From: Veleropilina oligotropha
Taxonomy: Eukaryota
Direction of reading: 5' to 3'
NCBI GenBank assembly: GCA_048128005.1
Contig: JBEUKZ010000016.1
Span: forward strand, 62,001 to 126,000
DNA length: 64,000 bases
Shown here piece by piece: positions 39,501 to 54,500 of the stretch (the first letter of the stretch is position 1; each line of letters opens with the position of its first letter). The notes beneath the pieces were generated by a model. That model saw only the letters and a list, made by a program, of their open reading frames with translations, had not been told where the DNA came from and did not search any database. A program made the position numbers and the translations under genes.

Positions 39501-42500
39501 TCTCTCTCGAAGATTATCGAGAAAATTGTCCTTAAACAAATCTTTACGTACCTGAACTCATACAACTTTCTCAGTCCATAGCAATCAGCTTATCGTCCAT
39601 ATCACAGTACCGAGACGGCTTTGCATAAAGTCGCAAATGATATTCTGTCAGCACTGGATGGACATGATGTGTTAGTCCTAACTCTTCTGGATCTATCTGC
39701 TGCATTCGATACCATAGATCACACAATCCTCCTTAATAGATTGCAAACATGTTATGGCATTTCGGGCACCGCTCTTGCTTGGTTTTGGTCCAACCTCTCA
39801 GACAGAACACAGACTGTCCTTGTCGGCGGCCATTCCTCAAAGTCTGTTCCACTCTGCTTTGGGGTTCCACAAGGATCTGTTTTGGGTCCTGTGCTGTTTG
39901 TATTGTATACAAAGCCGCTATCAAATTTAATCAAGAGTCATAACATTCACAGTCAGTCATTTGCTGATGACACCCAACTGCTCGTGCCATAAGGACATGA
40001 TATATCCGACAATCCATGGCATGCAGACCTGCATTAGTGATGTGAAATTGTGGATGACACGAAACAAACTTAAACTGAATAATGAGAAAACAGATGCCCT
40101 ATTATTTAAGACTAAATGATGTCATCTTCCTGATCCATTTCCAGCGTCCATTCAAGTTGGCGATTCTGACATTATTTTTGCGACACCAGTAAGAATTCTT
40201 GACATCATGTTCTCAGAAGATTGCTCCCTAATAAACATGTATCTATTATATGTAAGTCGACTTTCCTCGAACTTCGTTGCCTGAGTTCTATCCGGCACTT
40301 TCTATCAACTGAAGCAAGTAAAACATTTGTATACGTGTGCATTTGTTCTCTCTTGGCTAATTGTCCAAAGTACATAATTGAAAAACTTCAAAGATTCAAA
40401 ACTCAGCCGCTAGACTAGTTCTAAAAGCTTGGAAGCACGATAATGTCATGCCCCTGCTTCACTCTCTTCACTGGCTTCCAGTTCTGGCAAGAATAGATTA
40501 TAAATTATCAAATCTGTGCCATGCTAACTCCGATCAATCACTACCTCAGTATCTGTCAGATCTACTCTCTGCGTATTCCCCAGCAAGGTCTCTCCGTTCT
40601 TAGAGACTCGTATTCTTTGCATTCCTGGCATGAAAACGAAATATCTCGGAGAACGTTTTTCATTTGCTGCTCCAAGTCAATGGAACTCACTTCCTGTTGT
40701 TATTCGTTACATCGAAGACAAAGCAACTTTCAAAAGATCTCTCAAAACACACTTCTTCTGGAAACATTTCTCATAAACTGAAAATCTCGCATCTATCAAC
40801 CTTTTCCTTAATTGTGTCCAGTCAGCTGTAAAATATGTATGTCTTGTAAATGTATATTGTTTATCATTGTCTGTTTAAGTGTTCTGATTCAATCATTGTA
40901 AAGCACAAAGTGCTAGAATCCTTTTCCTGATCTTGCGCTATAAAAATCTCTCATTATTATTATTATTATTATTAAATATTGAGAACACTGAAAAGTCACA
41001 ATATGATGGGAACTATTATCTGCAACACGCAAGTTTAGCAATCGCTGTATAAATATTTCATTGTTCACCGGACAAGTGTTTTGGAATAAACGGTTGTTCG
41101 CAGGGGATTTTTATTGTCCCGGGCAATAGGCAATAGTTGTATATGGAGGACAAGAAGTGCCAAAACTGTTCGTTATAATCCGAAAATTGTGAAGAATAGT
41201 TACACACATTAAATGTTAACAGCAACATTTTTGAGAAGTAAATTAACATGTTTAAAAAAGATTCTTTCACTTTTGACAGTTGAACTATTTTGGAGTGCAA
41301 TGGGGACACCTGCATGACGTCGGTGCCATTTCTGACAACTCTAACATATTAATACAATCTATGAAATGTCTAGTGATCACAGGAGTCACATTTTGCCCAT
41401 TTTGTGATGGTTAGGAAATCACATTTATTCAGATATCTCATTGTCATTCAGAAATTTGCTATATTTATTCCTAACTTTGTTCCATACTTTTATCCCTTCA
41501 GAGGGGGTTATTTGTAACAGCGTAAGAATTCCCTCTTTCCTACTTTTCATTTCACGACAGAAAAAAAATGTCAGTTAAATATTGTTTATTCTAATAGGAT
41601 CTTTGGTATTTTTGGTAAAGATTGTATGAAGGTCGACAGAAAAGTTACGATTTTTAATGGCTACTGATAAAAAATGATCTACTCGCCAAAATCTTGCCAT
41701 TCTTCAGAAATTTTCATACAAACTTACTCGTGGTTTATTTATATTTACTGTTCCAAATACGTGTATAAAAAATGCCACTAGGTGGCGTACCATTTGCGCA
41801 GTCGTAAAAAATGCAAATACCGTGATATGGTAGATACCGTGATATCATAGGGTGGAAGTCTACCATGAAGAGTGCCGTCAGATGGGAGTGTTTCATGTTA
41901 TCGTGAAAACCACATAAATTTAAGAACTTAAAATATGTGCCTAATAACAATACAAGTTTTCTTTGAACAGTTATTCCATCAAGAGATACGCTCGAAATAA
42001 CTGTAAAAGATGCATCTGTTGATTTTCCTTTGGCATTTATGATTAATTAAATTCTAACAATTTTATCGACATGGCCCCAAAATGGCTTTTGAGCAGTTCC
42101 ATAGAAATTAGGACATGGATGAAATTTATTTTTAATAATTTGTCAGTTTTAGCAATATTAATTTCAAATTTGATATCCTATATAATAAAAAACATTTACA
42201 TTTTTTGAAAATTATTTTTTGTAGCTGTTACCATGGGTCCTATGCCCCGTAACCACAGATGGCTCAAGAGAATAGCCAAGAACTCAAATTTTCCTACTTT
42301 CATTTAAAAAAATATATTTGACATCCATCTAATATCCTTGGAGTATTTGTGCTTAAAGTACCATACTTTGACGATGTTGTAGTTAAAAATGGTCTCAATA
42401 ATGACTATGAGAAAATATAGATTTAATATCCAAAAGTGTCATAATTATGTCACCATATGTTATCAAAATATTCATCAAATTTTTCAATCGGGGAGATAGT

Positions 42501-45500
42501 CTTCGCTAAACTTGTTATATCTTAAAGATGGTCTTCAAGAATGATTCTATCATGAAATTAATGTAAAAAAATAATTATGTGCATATAATTAAAACTATGG
42601 AGGTTTCTCTGTCACGTTAGTCACAATTATTGCATATTTGTCACGTTAGTCACACTAAGAATTGCATATGGTGTAATCTGTTATTTGATTGGTTCACAAA
42701 TACATGCAGACGAGAAATGGGCCAATCAGAGCACATCTTTTATAGACATGCATGTGTAATTGATAATATAAATTTATACAAGGATAATTTTACCAATATC
42801 AAACAAGCATCAGTTTCTGTTTCATTATGAATTCTCAATATTATATATGAATTTTTTTTTAAATTTCTTGTTAAATAAATGTTTTTATTGCTTTATTTAG
42901 TTAGTTATTCTGGTAATGAAAGAACAAATAGATGTAAATTAATTTTGTATGTGACGTTAGTCACAAAATGGATGTCACATTAGTCACGCTCTTATTTTTT
43001 AACACTATACCACTATTATTGAACTAATAATCAATAGATGATGAAAATTATTATGAGTTGTTGTCACGAGAGCTGGATTATAGGATTTTCCCCCCAAATA
43101 ATTTTGCATGACGTTTTCGTGTCAAACTACACGTAGTCTGCAAGACGTCATTCGCTTCTCCGAATCTGCAGGAGATAATCAAGTGTTTTCAAGTATTTCT
43201 TTGAGATTCAATCATATACATGACTATATATGACTAACCTTTTCGGCCGCTTCGGCAGCGCAGTGGGTAGAGTGTCCACTCTAAATTCACTGGCTTGATT
43301 CCGCTAATGCGAACAGTAGTGGGTTCAATATCTGGCTGAGGCATTGAAATTTGTTCAAGTTATGAATCACAGTTGTCCGCGACTGGCCGAAGAGGGCGGG
43401 TTTACTCGGGCGACCGGGGTTTCCTCCCGCGATAACACGGACATGTCCTGCCTTGAACCTCGATGTTGTAAATATACAGGATATTAAGCATCTTTCCTCC
43501 TCCACTAAACTTTTCCTCAGCTTTTCAAATATCCAGGTTATTTTGCACTTAGAATAACCCGTAAGGTGCAATTTAACATCTTGTGATATTTTCAAAGCTC
43601 ACAGGATAAACGTACGTATCAAACTCGCCGCCGCAGAATAACGTTAAATATCTATTTGAAGTACTCCTCTACACATTAATTTATGAGTACAACTGTAAAA
43701 AGTGTCTTGTTAGTCACAATGGAATTACCATTAGCGAAAGCAACATCGAGAAATCATGTATGCACGCTGTTTATATGAATAAATTGTGTAAATTTTAATT
43801 ATCTCGTCAGGTGTTGTACATGTGGAAAATGACAAATACCCACGATACCATAGAACGGGCAATACAGTGAGACGGCATTATACGTCGCGTTGGTATATAT
43901 GCCTGCACTAGCATGCGTAAAAGATATAAAAATATGTTTGTTTGTCTTATATGAATCGTTTTTCAGTGCTGAACACACGTTATTCTCTGGTCTTTTCATC
44001 TATACAGACCATGGATTCGTGGCTTCCCCAAGGCCGACCAGGCCAGCACTGCCTTAAATTGTGGGGTGATGGATCCCAAGGTGTTTGGACGGCTAAGACA
44101 GATCAACTGTGCGGGCATGGCATACTTCATCTGCAAACGAGACTCGCGTAAGTATGCAAGTCAGCTTTTTGCCAAGTCAAGTATTCTTTAACTCTTTCAC
44201 TCTCAGCATATTTCTAAATGTCTACTGCTGTGCCCCAGGTTTTGGGGTTAATTAATAAAGTATAAATACTTGCATAAACTGTTTCATTTTATTTCAAACT
44301 AATCTTCCATAATTATATTCATAAATATGTTCAATAGGACTTAGAGAGTACTTAATCCTAACCATAACCCTACTTATACCCATAACCCTAATTATACCCA
44401 TAACCATAATTATAACCATAACGCTAATTATACCCATAACCATAATTATAACCATAACCGTAATTATACCCATAACCCTAATTATGCCCATAACCCTAAT
44501 TATACTCATAACCATACTTATATCCATAACCCTAATTATAACCATAACCCTAATTATACCCATAACCCTAATTATAACCATAACCCTAATTATACCCATA
44601 ACCCTAATATACCCATAACCATAATTATGCCCATAACCCTAATTATACCCATAACCCTAATTATAACCATAATTATACCCATAACCCTAATTATACCCAT
44701 AGCCCTAATTATACCCATAACCATAATTACACCCATAACCATAATAACCCATAACCATAATTATAACCATAGCCATAAATTACAACCTTAGCCGTAACCC
44801 TACCCTAATTCCAAACCCAAACCCAAAATCTAACCATACTTTTTGTTCCCTAGATGAAAATAGCAAAAAATGGATATATCCATCTTTGGCAGTGAAGGAG
44901 TTAATCATACCATGATTTTTATACCAAAATATGCTAGTGGTACCGTAATCAGTTATTTTTAGAGCGAATTGTGTAAGCATTTATAATTTAGTCCTAGATA
45001 TTCCAACAATGTTGGAGGTTACATCCTGCTCCACAGGTTATGTTAAATGACTCTTATGTTAAATGAGTAGCAGTAATCTCAGGACATCTTGAAGTTGAGT
45101 TTGAGGAATGCATCGGTTAAGTTGCGTTTTTGCATATTGCATCCATAGCCCCATTTCCATTACAAAATATAATCCGGTTTGAATTCACATTATAATCCAA
45201 ATTATATTTTGCTTAGGCCAAATAAAAATATATGTGTGTTTCCGGTTACCCGACCCTACCTACATATTGGTGCCGACCCTAAACTTTTTATGACGATTTT
45301 AAAATAAAATAAAAAGAAATGACGCCGACCCCCGACGTTTACCTATTGATTTTTATTTTCCATACACGTTTTTCTTTTTTTGCATGTTATACTAAATAAT
45401 ACTTAATTATAAAGAACTTTTACAACTCGCTTTCATAGAATATTAAAATCTAACGTGCCATCATCATTCATGGATAACACTTTTTGAACAAGTTTTTCAT

Positions 45501-48500
45501 ATGATTTTTGCGACAACTTGAAAATTGGATCAGTCTTAATTACGTATACATCTTTATTCACAAAACAATGACATACCGATGAAATGTGCGACACGTTCTA
45601 CGTTGTCGGTAATTCCGCTGTGAAATTTCCGTCATACAGCATATTTTTTGCGACCAAAGAATCGATCGACACATGGAAAACAAGCAGCCATTGTTTCTAA
45701 GGGGTTTACACGAATCAAATCACGGTTGTTTACGATCGCACTTCGGCTGTTTCCGTGATTATAAAACGCATTGAAAATTAGTTTCGGCAATTAATTTTGC
45801 GCTAACAATGAAAATACTGTCGGGTTTTTTCAAAGTTAACAATTGTATTATGTTGACAATGAATGCATGTCAGATAACGGTATCTACGGGGAATACAAGC
45901 TTTATATTAAAAGTAAAAGTTGTCGCCCTATACCAATAACTAGGTTATGTCAAAAGGGGATTTCCACAAAATATCAGATTCACCATCTTCAGTATGGAAC
46001 AAACGATCGATAATGAACATTGTAGAATTTCTCATGATGGACCAATCTTATCATATTGAAATATTTATTTAGTCGGTTTTTTGATAAATGGAAATCAAGG
46101 AAATATATAACATTTTATTTAATGTAAATTGTCTATTTATTAAATTGAATATAATTATTATTATATAAACAATCCATATAAACAAACAGTTGTAAAAATA
46201 TATTTAATACACAAGGGCATTAAAAACAATAATTGCTCAAATTATGTAATATGTTTTTTATTTCGTAATGTGTTTTTTATTTACAATATTGTCACTTCTC
46301 TCTGTCAGGTCTGACTTCTCCTTGTTGGCTCTCAAAAGTGAAGTCGATTCTCCCTGTTCATTAACACAGCTTGACCCCTGTGTTGCAATGGTCAATTTTG
46401 TAAATTAGACTTTGTTTTTACTTATCTTTAATCCGTTGATATCATTGCAAAATGTAATAAAATACCGCATAACATCTCGACCGCGACTTGGCGACAAACA
46501 TCTATTCAATAATTGGAACTCTCTAGTGAATAAAAGTTCACTTAGTTGTATGTTATTTACAGAAAATTTTATTGAGCCACTTAATTTAAAGGTGAGTTCC
46601 ACTTTAATACCAACTAATACAAGCTACTGTAGCATCATCATCGTTGTCGGTTTCCGTCGAAGAAATTGTTAGTTGTCTGCTTGTCCGAAATGAAGTTTCC
46701 TTTAATAATATAACGAGGCCGTTTTTTCCATGTGTATCTGATCCATTCAAAGTATAGTGAATCTGATAATAACAGTATTACGTATGTCTGGCAGGCGCAA
46801 ATTATTGCCAATATCCTGTTCAATATTGTTTTAAAATAAAGGGATATAACTATATCATCTTATGAACCATGCATTGGATCCAGATTATTTGTGAAAGATT
46901 TATGAATAAAGTTGTATACAAAAATGCTCCCATGGTTGTGTAAATTTGCCATGAAATACAATGTTTGTAATAGTATATATATATACATATAGACAAGTCT
47001 TGACGTACACATTTATTGCACTGTTACACTACGCAATATTTATCAGTTTGTTGAAAGAAAAAAAAAGTTGATGGCTGCCTACCTACCCTAGTAAATTGGT
47101 AATAAAAAGATTTCACACAAAAAAACATTTCACCCACCTACCCTACCTATTGTTTTTGACAATGTAATAGGAAACACACATATAATTTTATTTGGCCTTA
47201 TGTAGATGCAAATAATTCGACTGGAACTGGTTTAAAATAATCCACCAAATGATGTGGTTTGAAGCCGGATTATATTTTTGATCCGGATTATCTGGTAGTG
47301 TAGACATGCAAGTGACTTCGAACCGGTTCGCCTCGCTTAGTTTAAGTTGTATACATATATATGTGCATGCACAATTAACATGAATTGGTAACTTCTCTCG
47401 ATATGCGCTTGTGCACATGACTTTACATTAACCGACCAAGGATAACAAGGTGTTTACACCCGGAGAGCCACGTGTGTAGACACAAAATAAACTGGATTAT
47501 TTCTAACCAGTGTGAAATCGGATTATTTTAATTTGGATTATATTTGTAATGGAAACGGGGCTAAAGATTGTGTTGCTGTGACGCTCAGTTGCTTGTCAAG
47601 GAGGGTTCTGTGTCACACTAATTCTTATAATATGAACTTGGTTGCCCTTGGACATTATTCAACAATAATTTACATTGAAGATTAACTTTGTTTTGTGTCT
47701 CTTTTGACTCTAAATCTTTTTGACAGTTTTTCCAATCTCTGGAAAGTCATGAATAACAACTTAATTTTCAATTTCCATGTTCAGCATTAAAAGTTGAGCC
47801 TGCATACAATAAGTTGATCTGTTGTATTATTACAATATCATGATTTTAGGGCGATAACGTTGATAATATATTTAATAGTTCTGCCAAAATATGACATAAA
47901 ATAAATCTATGCCGTTTACTTCTACAGAACTCTACGATATATGCGATTCTGCCAATGGCTGGCATGAGGTTAATGGCAGATGCTACAAATTTAATGAAAT
48001 TCGGATGAATTTCTTCGATGCCAGACAGAGCTGCCAATCAAAAAACGGTGATTTGGTCGTCGCCCACAACCGATATGACCTTAATGTGTTTCTGGATACT
48101 GTCATGTGTCAAAGTATAGACAATTACTTTTGGATAGGAATTAGCGACGTGGTAAGTACAACTTAAAGGATGCACGGATTTAGGTCAAAAACACATGATT
48201 CGTGCCTAATCAAGTAAATATCTTCAAATTTAAGGACATGTACAGTATTGACATGAAAAATTCACTGATAATTATTTATTAAAAGCATGTTGTACCATTT
48301 AAATCACATGGAAAGTAGGCGCAGCAATTAAAATCAATGTCATTGCAAACATTCGAACTCCACAATTTACATGAAAGTTGTCGCAAAGATAAGATGACTC
48401 AAAAGTTTGATAATGGCGGATATATATCATTATCACATGACAAACCTGTTATGGAACGGAAGAAGCCGTTCCATAAATTTCGATACAAAAGACACGTCCC

Positions 48501-51500
48501 ATAAGTATGCAAATGAGGGCGAGCATGACGCCCGGTCATCCCATCTGGCGCCAAGTTGATTAGGCGGCGCATCACCCTCATTAACATATTGAATAATTCA
48601 TACGCGTTGACTAGTCGATTTCAGACAAAACAAAGATGTTGAACTATTTTTTATTGGCGTACTGGCATGGCGCGTGCTTTCGAAGCGTGATGCGTCTGAG
48701 GCAATGGAAATTTATGGCTGAAAGTACTGACAGAAATTAGTTTTAAAATGTAAAGAAATGTGTTTAAAAACGCAATAAAATAAGTTTAAAGGTAAATGAA
48801 GTCGTGTGATAAAGAAGATATGAATCTTGTTTCCATTTCATATGAGAATTATGAAACTCGTCAGCAAATTTATGTACCTCGCCAAAGCTCGGTACCGTAC
48901 ATAAATTGTACCCGACTCGTTTCATAATTCTCATGAAATGGACACTCGTTCGATATCCTCTATATATTTTTGATTTACACAAAAAGTAGTTCTCAATAAT
49001 ATGCAATAGAATAACTAGAGCATTAACTTCCTTATGCTGCCACTATGACGTACTGGTAAGAGTATCTCTCTGACTCATCAAAAGCAAGTCGCCTACGTAT
49101 ACCCTGTGAATATTGTTGTTCTTAGCCTTGATAGTCTACAAACAGAGAAGGATGGTGGGATTAACGTGATTTTCCAGGCTTATGCATGTCTCAATATAAC
49201 TTAGATATTAAATGTGACAATTTGGGCAATTAACCCAAATTGAAATCAATTGAAGTATATTTCTACTGATCAATATTTTGGGATAGGTGCTTGTTGATAA
49301 CAGGAAATTATTATATTATTTTTATCTTGGTTACCAAGAAAATCTGACATGATGAGCCCTCACATTTGTGACAAGATACATTGCAATTAGGAACATGATG
49401 GTGAAAGCCAGAAATTTCAATGATTAATAGTTTTCCCGCTAGAGCAGATTGGGATAATGTTTGGTATTTCCAAGTTTATTGGCATATTCAGCGTTGTGTT
49501 AAAATAAGAAAATCAGACCAGTAGTACCGTGAAATAGATGCAGACAGACATGCAGACAGACCCGACTGCAGTACCCTTTACCCACACCTATGTGGGGGAG
49601 GGTAGCAATACTCAATTCATTATTTTGTATTTTCAGGCATCTCCAGGAAAATTCATGAATATTGATAAGACTCCACTTAACTATACAAATTGGATGATGC
49701 CAAGGGGAAACCTCATCTGGTGAGGATGTTTGTGTTATTGCATAAAGTGTCGTTATCCAAATTGTCATCCATGATACCACTAATGGAAAGTGATGATAAT
49801 ATAAATGTCTATAAAAAATTACCTATACTTAACGAAGATTGTATTTCATTGTTCTCAAAGGATTAAATTGTTGAAGTATCTCTAAGCATGTGACATCGCT
49901 AATCAAATGTTATTAATAAGTCTGTGGATATTCCAAGGCTCAGGATGCCGCTCCGACAGCCGTGTGGTATTGGTTACAGACTATTAATGAAATCACTGGC
50001 TTGATTGCACTGACACGAACAGTAGAGAGTTTGAATATCGGTTGGAACATTACCATTACTGTATTTTTCCAGTGATTCGTAACTAGGCAGAGAAGGCAAA
50101 TTTTCCCAGGTGACTGGGTTTTCCTCCCGAGATAATATGGGCATGCCCTGCTTTGAACCAAATGATGGTTGTTACAACTTGTAAATATACGGGATATTAA
50201 GCATCGATCCAATCCAACAATTCATTCCTAAAAAGCTCTCCAGTTAATCAGAGCATTCGAGCGGCTGATTTGGGGGCCACGATCTCATCCACTACGCCAC
50301 CGGGCGGCTGTCCTAGGATCATAATTATGCAATGATGGAATTTATAGGGTTTACTTTTGTATTATATATTTGTCCTGATTATGTACTGGAAAAGGAAAGG
50401 AAAATATCGATGATTAATGTCCTTTTTATTTACAACCATTAAGTTCAAAGTAGGACATGTCCATATTATCATGGGAGGAAAGTCCGGTTGCCTAGGGGAA
50501 CCCGCCTTCCTCGATCGGACAACTGTGTTTCATAACTTGAGCAATTAATGTCATTTTTCAATCGAGATTCGAACCCACTACTCTTCGTGTCAGTGAAATC
50601 AAGCCAGTGATTTTCGAAGTCTGCAAACGAAACCACACGAGTGTCGGAGTGGTGATTATGTACTAGACCTTGTGTAGTATACACAACACTGACAATATTC
50701 TTCGCCCAAGATAGGTTGTCTCCTCAAGTCTTCCACACATGTTAGTTCTTTTCAATTCTTACATAATTTTAAGTTTGTTACAAAATTCTAGTTGTTATTT
50801 GTGACATCTGTCGTTGAGTGGTGGGAATGCGGCTCTCAGACGACCTGGTGATGCAGTGATTGCACTGGTTTCGTCTGTGTGGGTTCGCTCCTGGGTGAAG
50901 ACACTTCAGTGCTTTCATGCAGTCATGTTAGCCCACAAACCGATGGTGTAATGATTATGAGCATTGCTCCCATTTCGCTCGCTTGAGGGCTCTGATTAAC
51001 AGGATTGGGTTCGAATCCTTGCCTGGGCACTTTGTTAAATTAACAGTCACCGTTGCAGATGAAGACCGTGAGAGATGGGGCCATCCTCCAGCGATATAAT
51101 GCCCATAACCTGATATGACCCTGAAGGTGTTGAAATCGAACATTGAGCATCGGTCCAAACCAAATTTAATAACAGTATGGCAATATGGCCTTGGATGTTT
51201 AGCAAGGCAAAATCAAATGGTGATTAGTAGAATGGATAATAAAATATTTGCAACTTACATATATATATATATATATGCCGTCGTGGCTCCGTGGGTTGTT
51301 CACGGGACTCTGGTCACAGAGTCTCGAGTTCGCCCCCAAGGCTCGACGATTTCACTTGGGCAAGGAAATAAGCATATATTTGCCTCGGTCCACCCAGCCG
51401 ATCTGAATGGGTACCTGGTTGGCAGTTATGTAAGTCACGGCGCTACCCGCGTGTAAATGACTGTAATGCTCCCAGAGGGAGTTGAGATGGCATATCGAGT

Positions 51501-54500
51501 GGAAAAGGCCCATAACCAGGGGTAATAATGTTCAGCGCATTGAGACACTAGCGTAATAATGCGCTATATAAGACCGGAGTATTATTATTATTATTATTAT
51601 TATTATATCTTATTTTAGGAAAAAAGGTAACACTTGTGTCCAGGTTATCCCATTAGCGCAGTACAAGTGGGAATCGATGTTTTGTCTGAATACAGCGAAG
51701 TTTGTTTGCTCAAAACCAATAGGTAAGCATCTAGCAATGCTTGTCAATATTTAGCACTACTGATGTTGAACTGGCCTGATGCCACATTGGGACTGGGCAT
51801 AACCAGAGACTACTCTTGGATATTGTGCGATGAAGTGATGAAAATCAGCGGAGATTCCCATGCATCACACTCCCTGCATGTTTTTTGGAGCTGTAATAAC
51901 TTCATAAAAATTAGTATAAACAAATGAAATAGACAACAAAAACATTTATTTATTTCATATTTATGAATCAAAGTTCCGATCTCCTATGTTGTGACCATGC
52001 AGTCACTTGCAACATAGTGTGTTTTCATCTAAAATGAGAAAATAGGGAATTGGATTAAATATATCCCTGCATGATCATTCATAGTATCCCACCCAGCTCA
52101 CTAACTTTGTGGTATGAAAATGTGAGTTTGACACGCAGGTGGGAAATTCTGCAGATTATTCAACCATGGTTGTCGATACCAGTCAAATTATTTAGACATC
52201 ACCAGATGTTGTATATAATAGATCGTAGCCTTTTATCCACAATAAATCCCTTAATGACTGTTTCTTGGGTACCTCTTCCTAGGGTAATTGGCTATGTCCT
52301 GGTATGACCGTCGCCCTAAATTTAAGGGTGTTAAATTAGCCTTTAAACATCAATCCATCCATCAAACTGTTAAAACAAGATATTGTGGTACGTGTAAATA
52401 TAAAATATGTGTTTATAATGTTATTTCTCTCAACTGTAATTTAGGTGTGTGTCCGTCTGGTTGGTTGTCATTTTTGGACACATGTTACCAGATAAACGCA
52501 TCACCGCGGCAACAGAAGTCATGGACTGGAGCAAGCACTGCATGCCAATCAGAAGGAGCCATGTTGGCAGAAGTAAAAAGGTAAACATCAATGGCATAGA
52601 TGATAAAATCTAGTGAATAAAAATGTTAGTTGATTTGAAGTTGGCATCATAATGCTTAGTTAAATTTCAATGAGTAGAATGGTTATTAGGTGAAGATATT
52701 AAAATTTAATTAATTCTTTCAATAATCGTGGTGTTGTCAAAATTGCATATTCATGGTGTTAAGCTGTATCACCTATTATATACTTTTGCCTATCTATAAA
52801 AAATGTGGTCCATTCTACTCCTGTAAACTCTTATGACGTACAATTGACGTAAATTTGGCATGAAAACCATTTATAAATGGTTGAGGAACGTTATCACATC
52901 TTCAACAGAGCAAATTATCGAACATGCATGTTTTACGGATTTGGAGTGGGACAAAGATTTTAGCGCAATACTCCCATTTATTCGCTACCAAATGCAAAAT
53001 TTATTGGTTGTATATTTTGCAGATGGTTAATGTGCCATTTATTAACACTAGTCAGGGTCATACCAGGACGTATTATCGATATTATCGCGTGTTACCGACC
53101 AATTATGGACAACTGTGACTGTTAATAACCAAACATAGGATTCAAACAGTCAAGCGGTTAATTGGGAGCCATGCATGCTCTTAGCCACCACTCTGACCAT
53201 GATCGGGCTAAATGAATTTAATGCGGAGAAAATTATAATGTTTTTTCATGATTTATTCTAGTTCATCAGTTCAACAGTTTTTGTTCAAGGCAATGCTCCA
53301 AGTACCGGTCTCGACCGTTTGGATTGGTTTGTCAGGTAATATGACTATATTGTGACCATTATTGATTTTTTGCCAAATAACAGCCAAAGTAATCAATATA
53401 CAGTATATTTATAGGGTCCATATTTCAACATTTTTTTGACATATTGAATGTTCCAATATACAATAAGTTGACCCTCTTAACATTACCCTACATATATCCA
53501 CGCAAATGCAGACCATCCGTCCGTGCAAATTTTCTTTTCCAGAGCATATCTCATACACCGCTCGACATAACTTTTCGAAACTTTCTGGGTGTATTAAGTA
53601 CTCAGTGAAGTGGAGCCTTTTGCTAGCACTGACGTCGTGTCGCTATTATTAACAAAGTTATTGCCCTTGTAAGTTGTTTTAAATTGTTAATGTTACCTTT
53701 TCCGGAGCGTAGCTCATACACCGCTTGACATAACTTTACGAAACTTGCTGGACGTATTCTGTAGTTGGTGAACTGGCGCCTTTTGCTAGTTTCGACGTTG
53801 TGCGGCGATCATTATCAGAGTTATTTCCCTTGTTCTAAATTCATTAAAATGTTATAATTTCCGGAGCGTAGCTCATACACCGCTCGACATAACTTTACGA
53901 AACTTGCTGAATCTATTAAGTAGTCGGTGAACTGGTGCCTTTTGCTAATTTTTACATTGTGTGTTCATCATAAATAGAGTTATTGCCCTTGTTGTTAATT
54001 TGTTAATGTTATCTTTTCCGTAGCGTATCTCGTACACCGCTCTCCATAACTTTACGAAGCTTGCTGGGTGTATTAAGTAGTCGGTGAACTGGTGCCTTTT
54101 TCTAGTTTCGGGGTTGTACTTCAAATATTAACAGAGTTATTGCCCTTGATGTAATTTTGTTATTCCCGACTATATCTCGTACAGTGCTTGACTTTAATAT
54201 CATTACGAAAATTGGTGGGTGTATTCAGTAGTTGGTTCACTGGTGCCCTTTCATAATTTTTACTTTGCGTCATGATTAATGACAAAGATATTGCCCTTGT
54301 TATTATTTAAAGCAGCGATATTGCGCTTATCCCAATGTAGTTTCAAGAACATACAGCATATAGTAATTGTGAATATACCATTGTGGGGGGTATTGATGGC
54401 GCTGTCTTCATGTTACCATTGCAGGGGATATTGATGGCTCTGTCTTGTTACCATTGTGGCGGATATTGATGGCTCTGTCTTCTTGTTACCATTGGGGGGA

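Noticed and set aside
44294..44599. ORF MGIIRVMVIIRV..
   Set aside because: Translation of the hexamer array.
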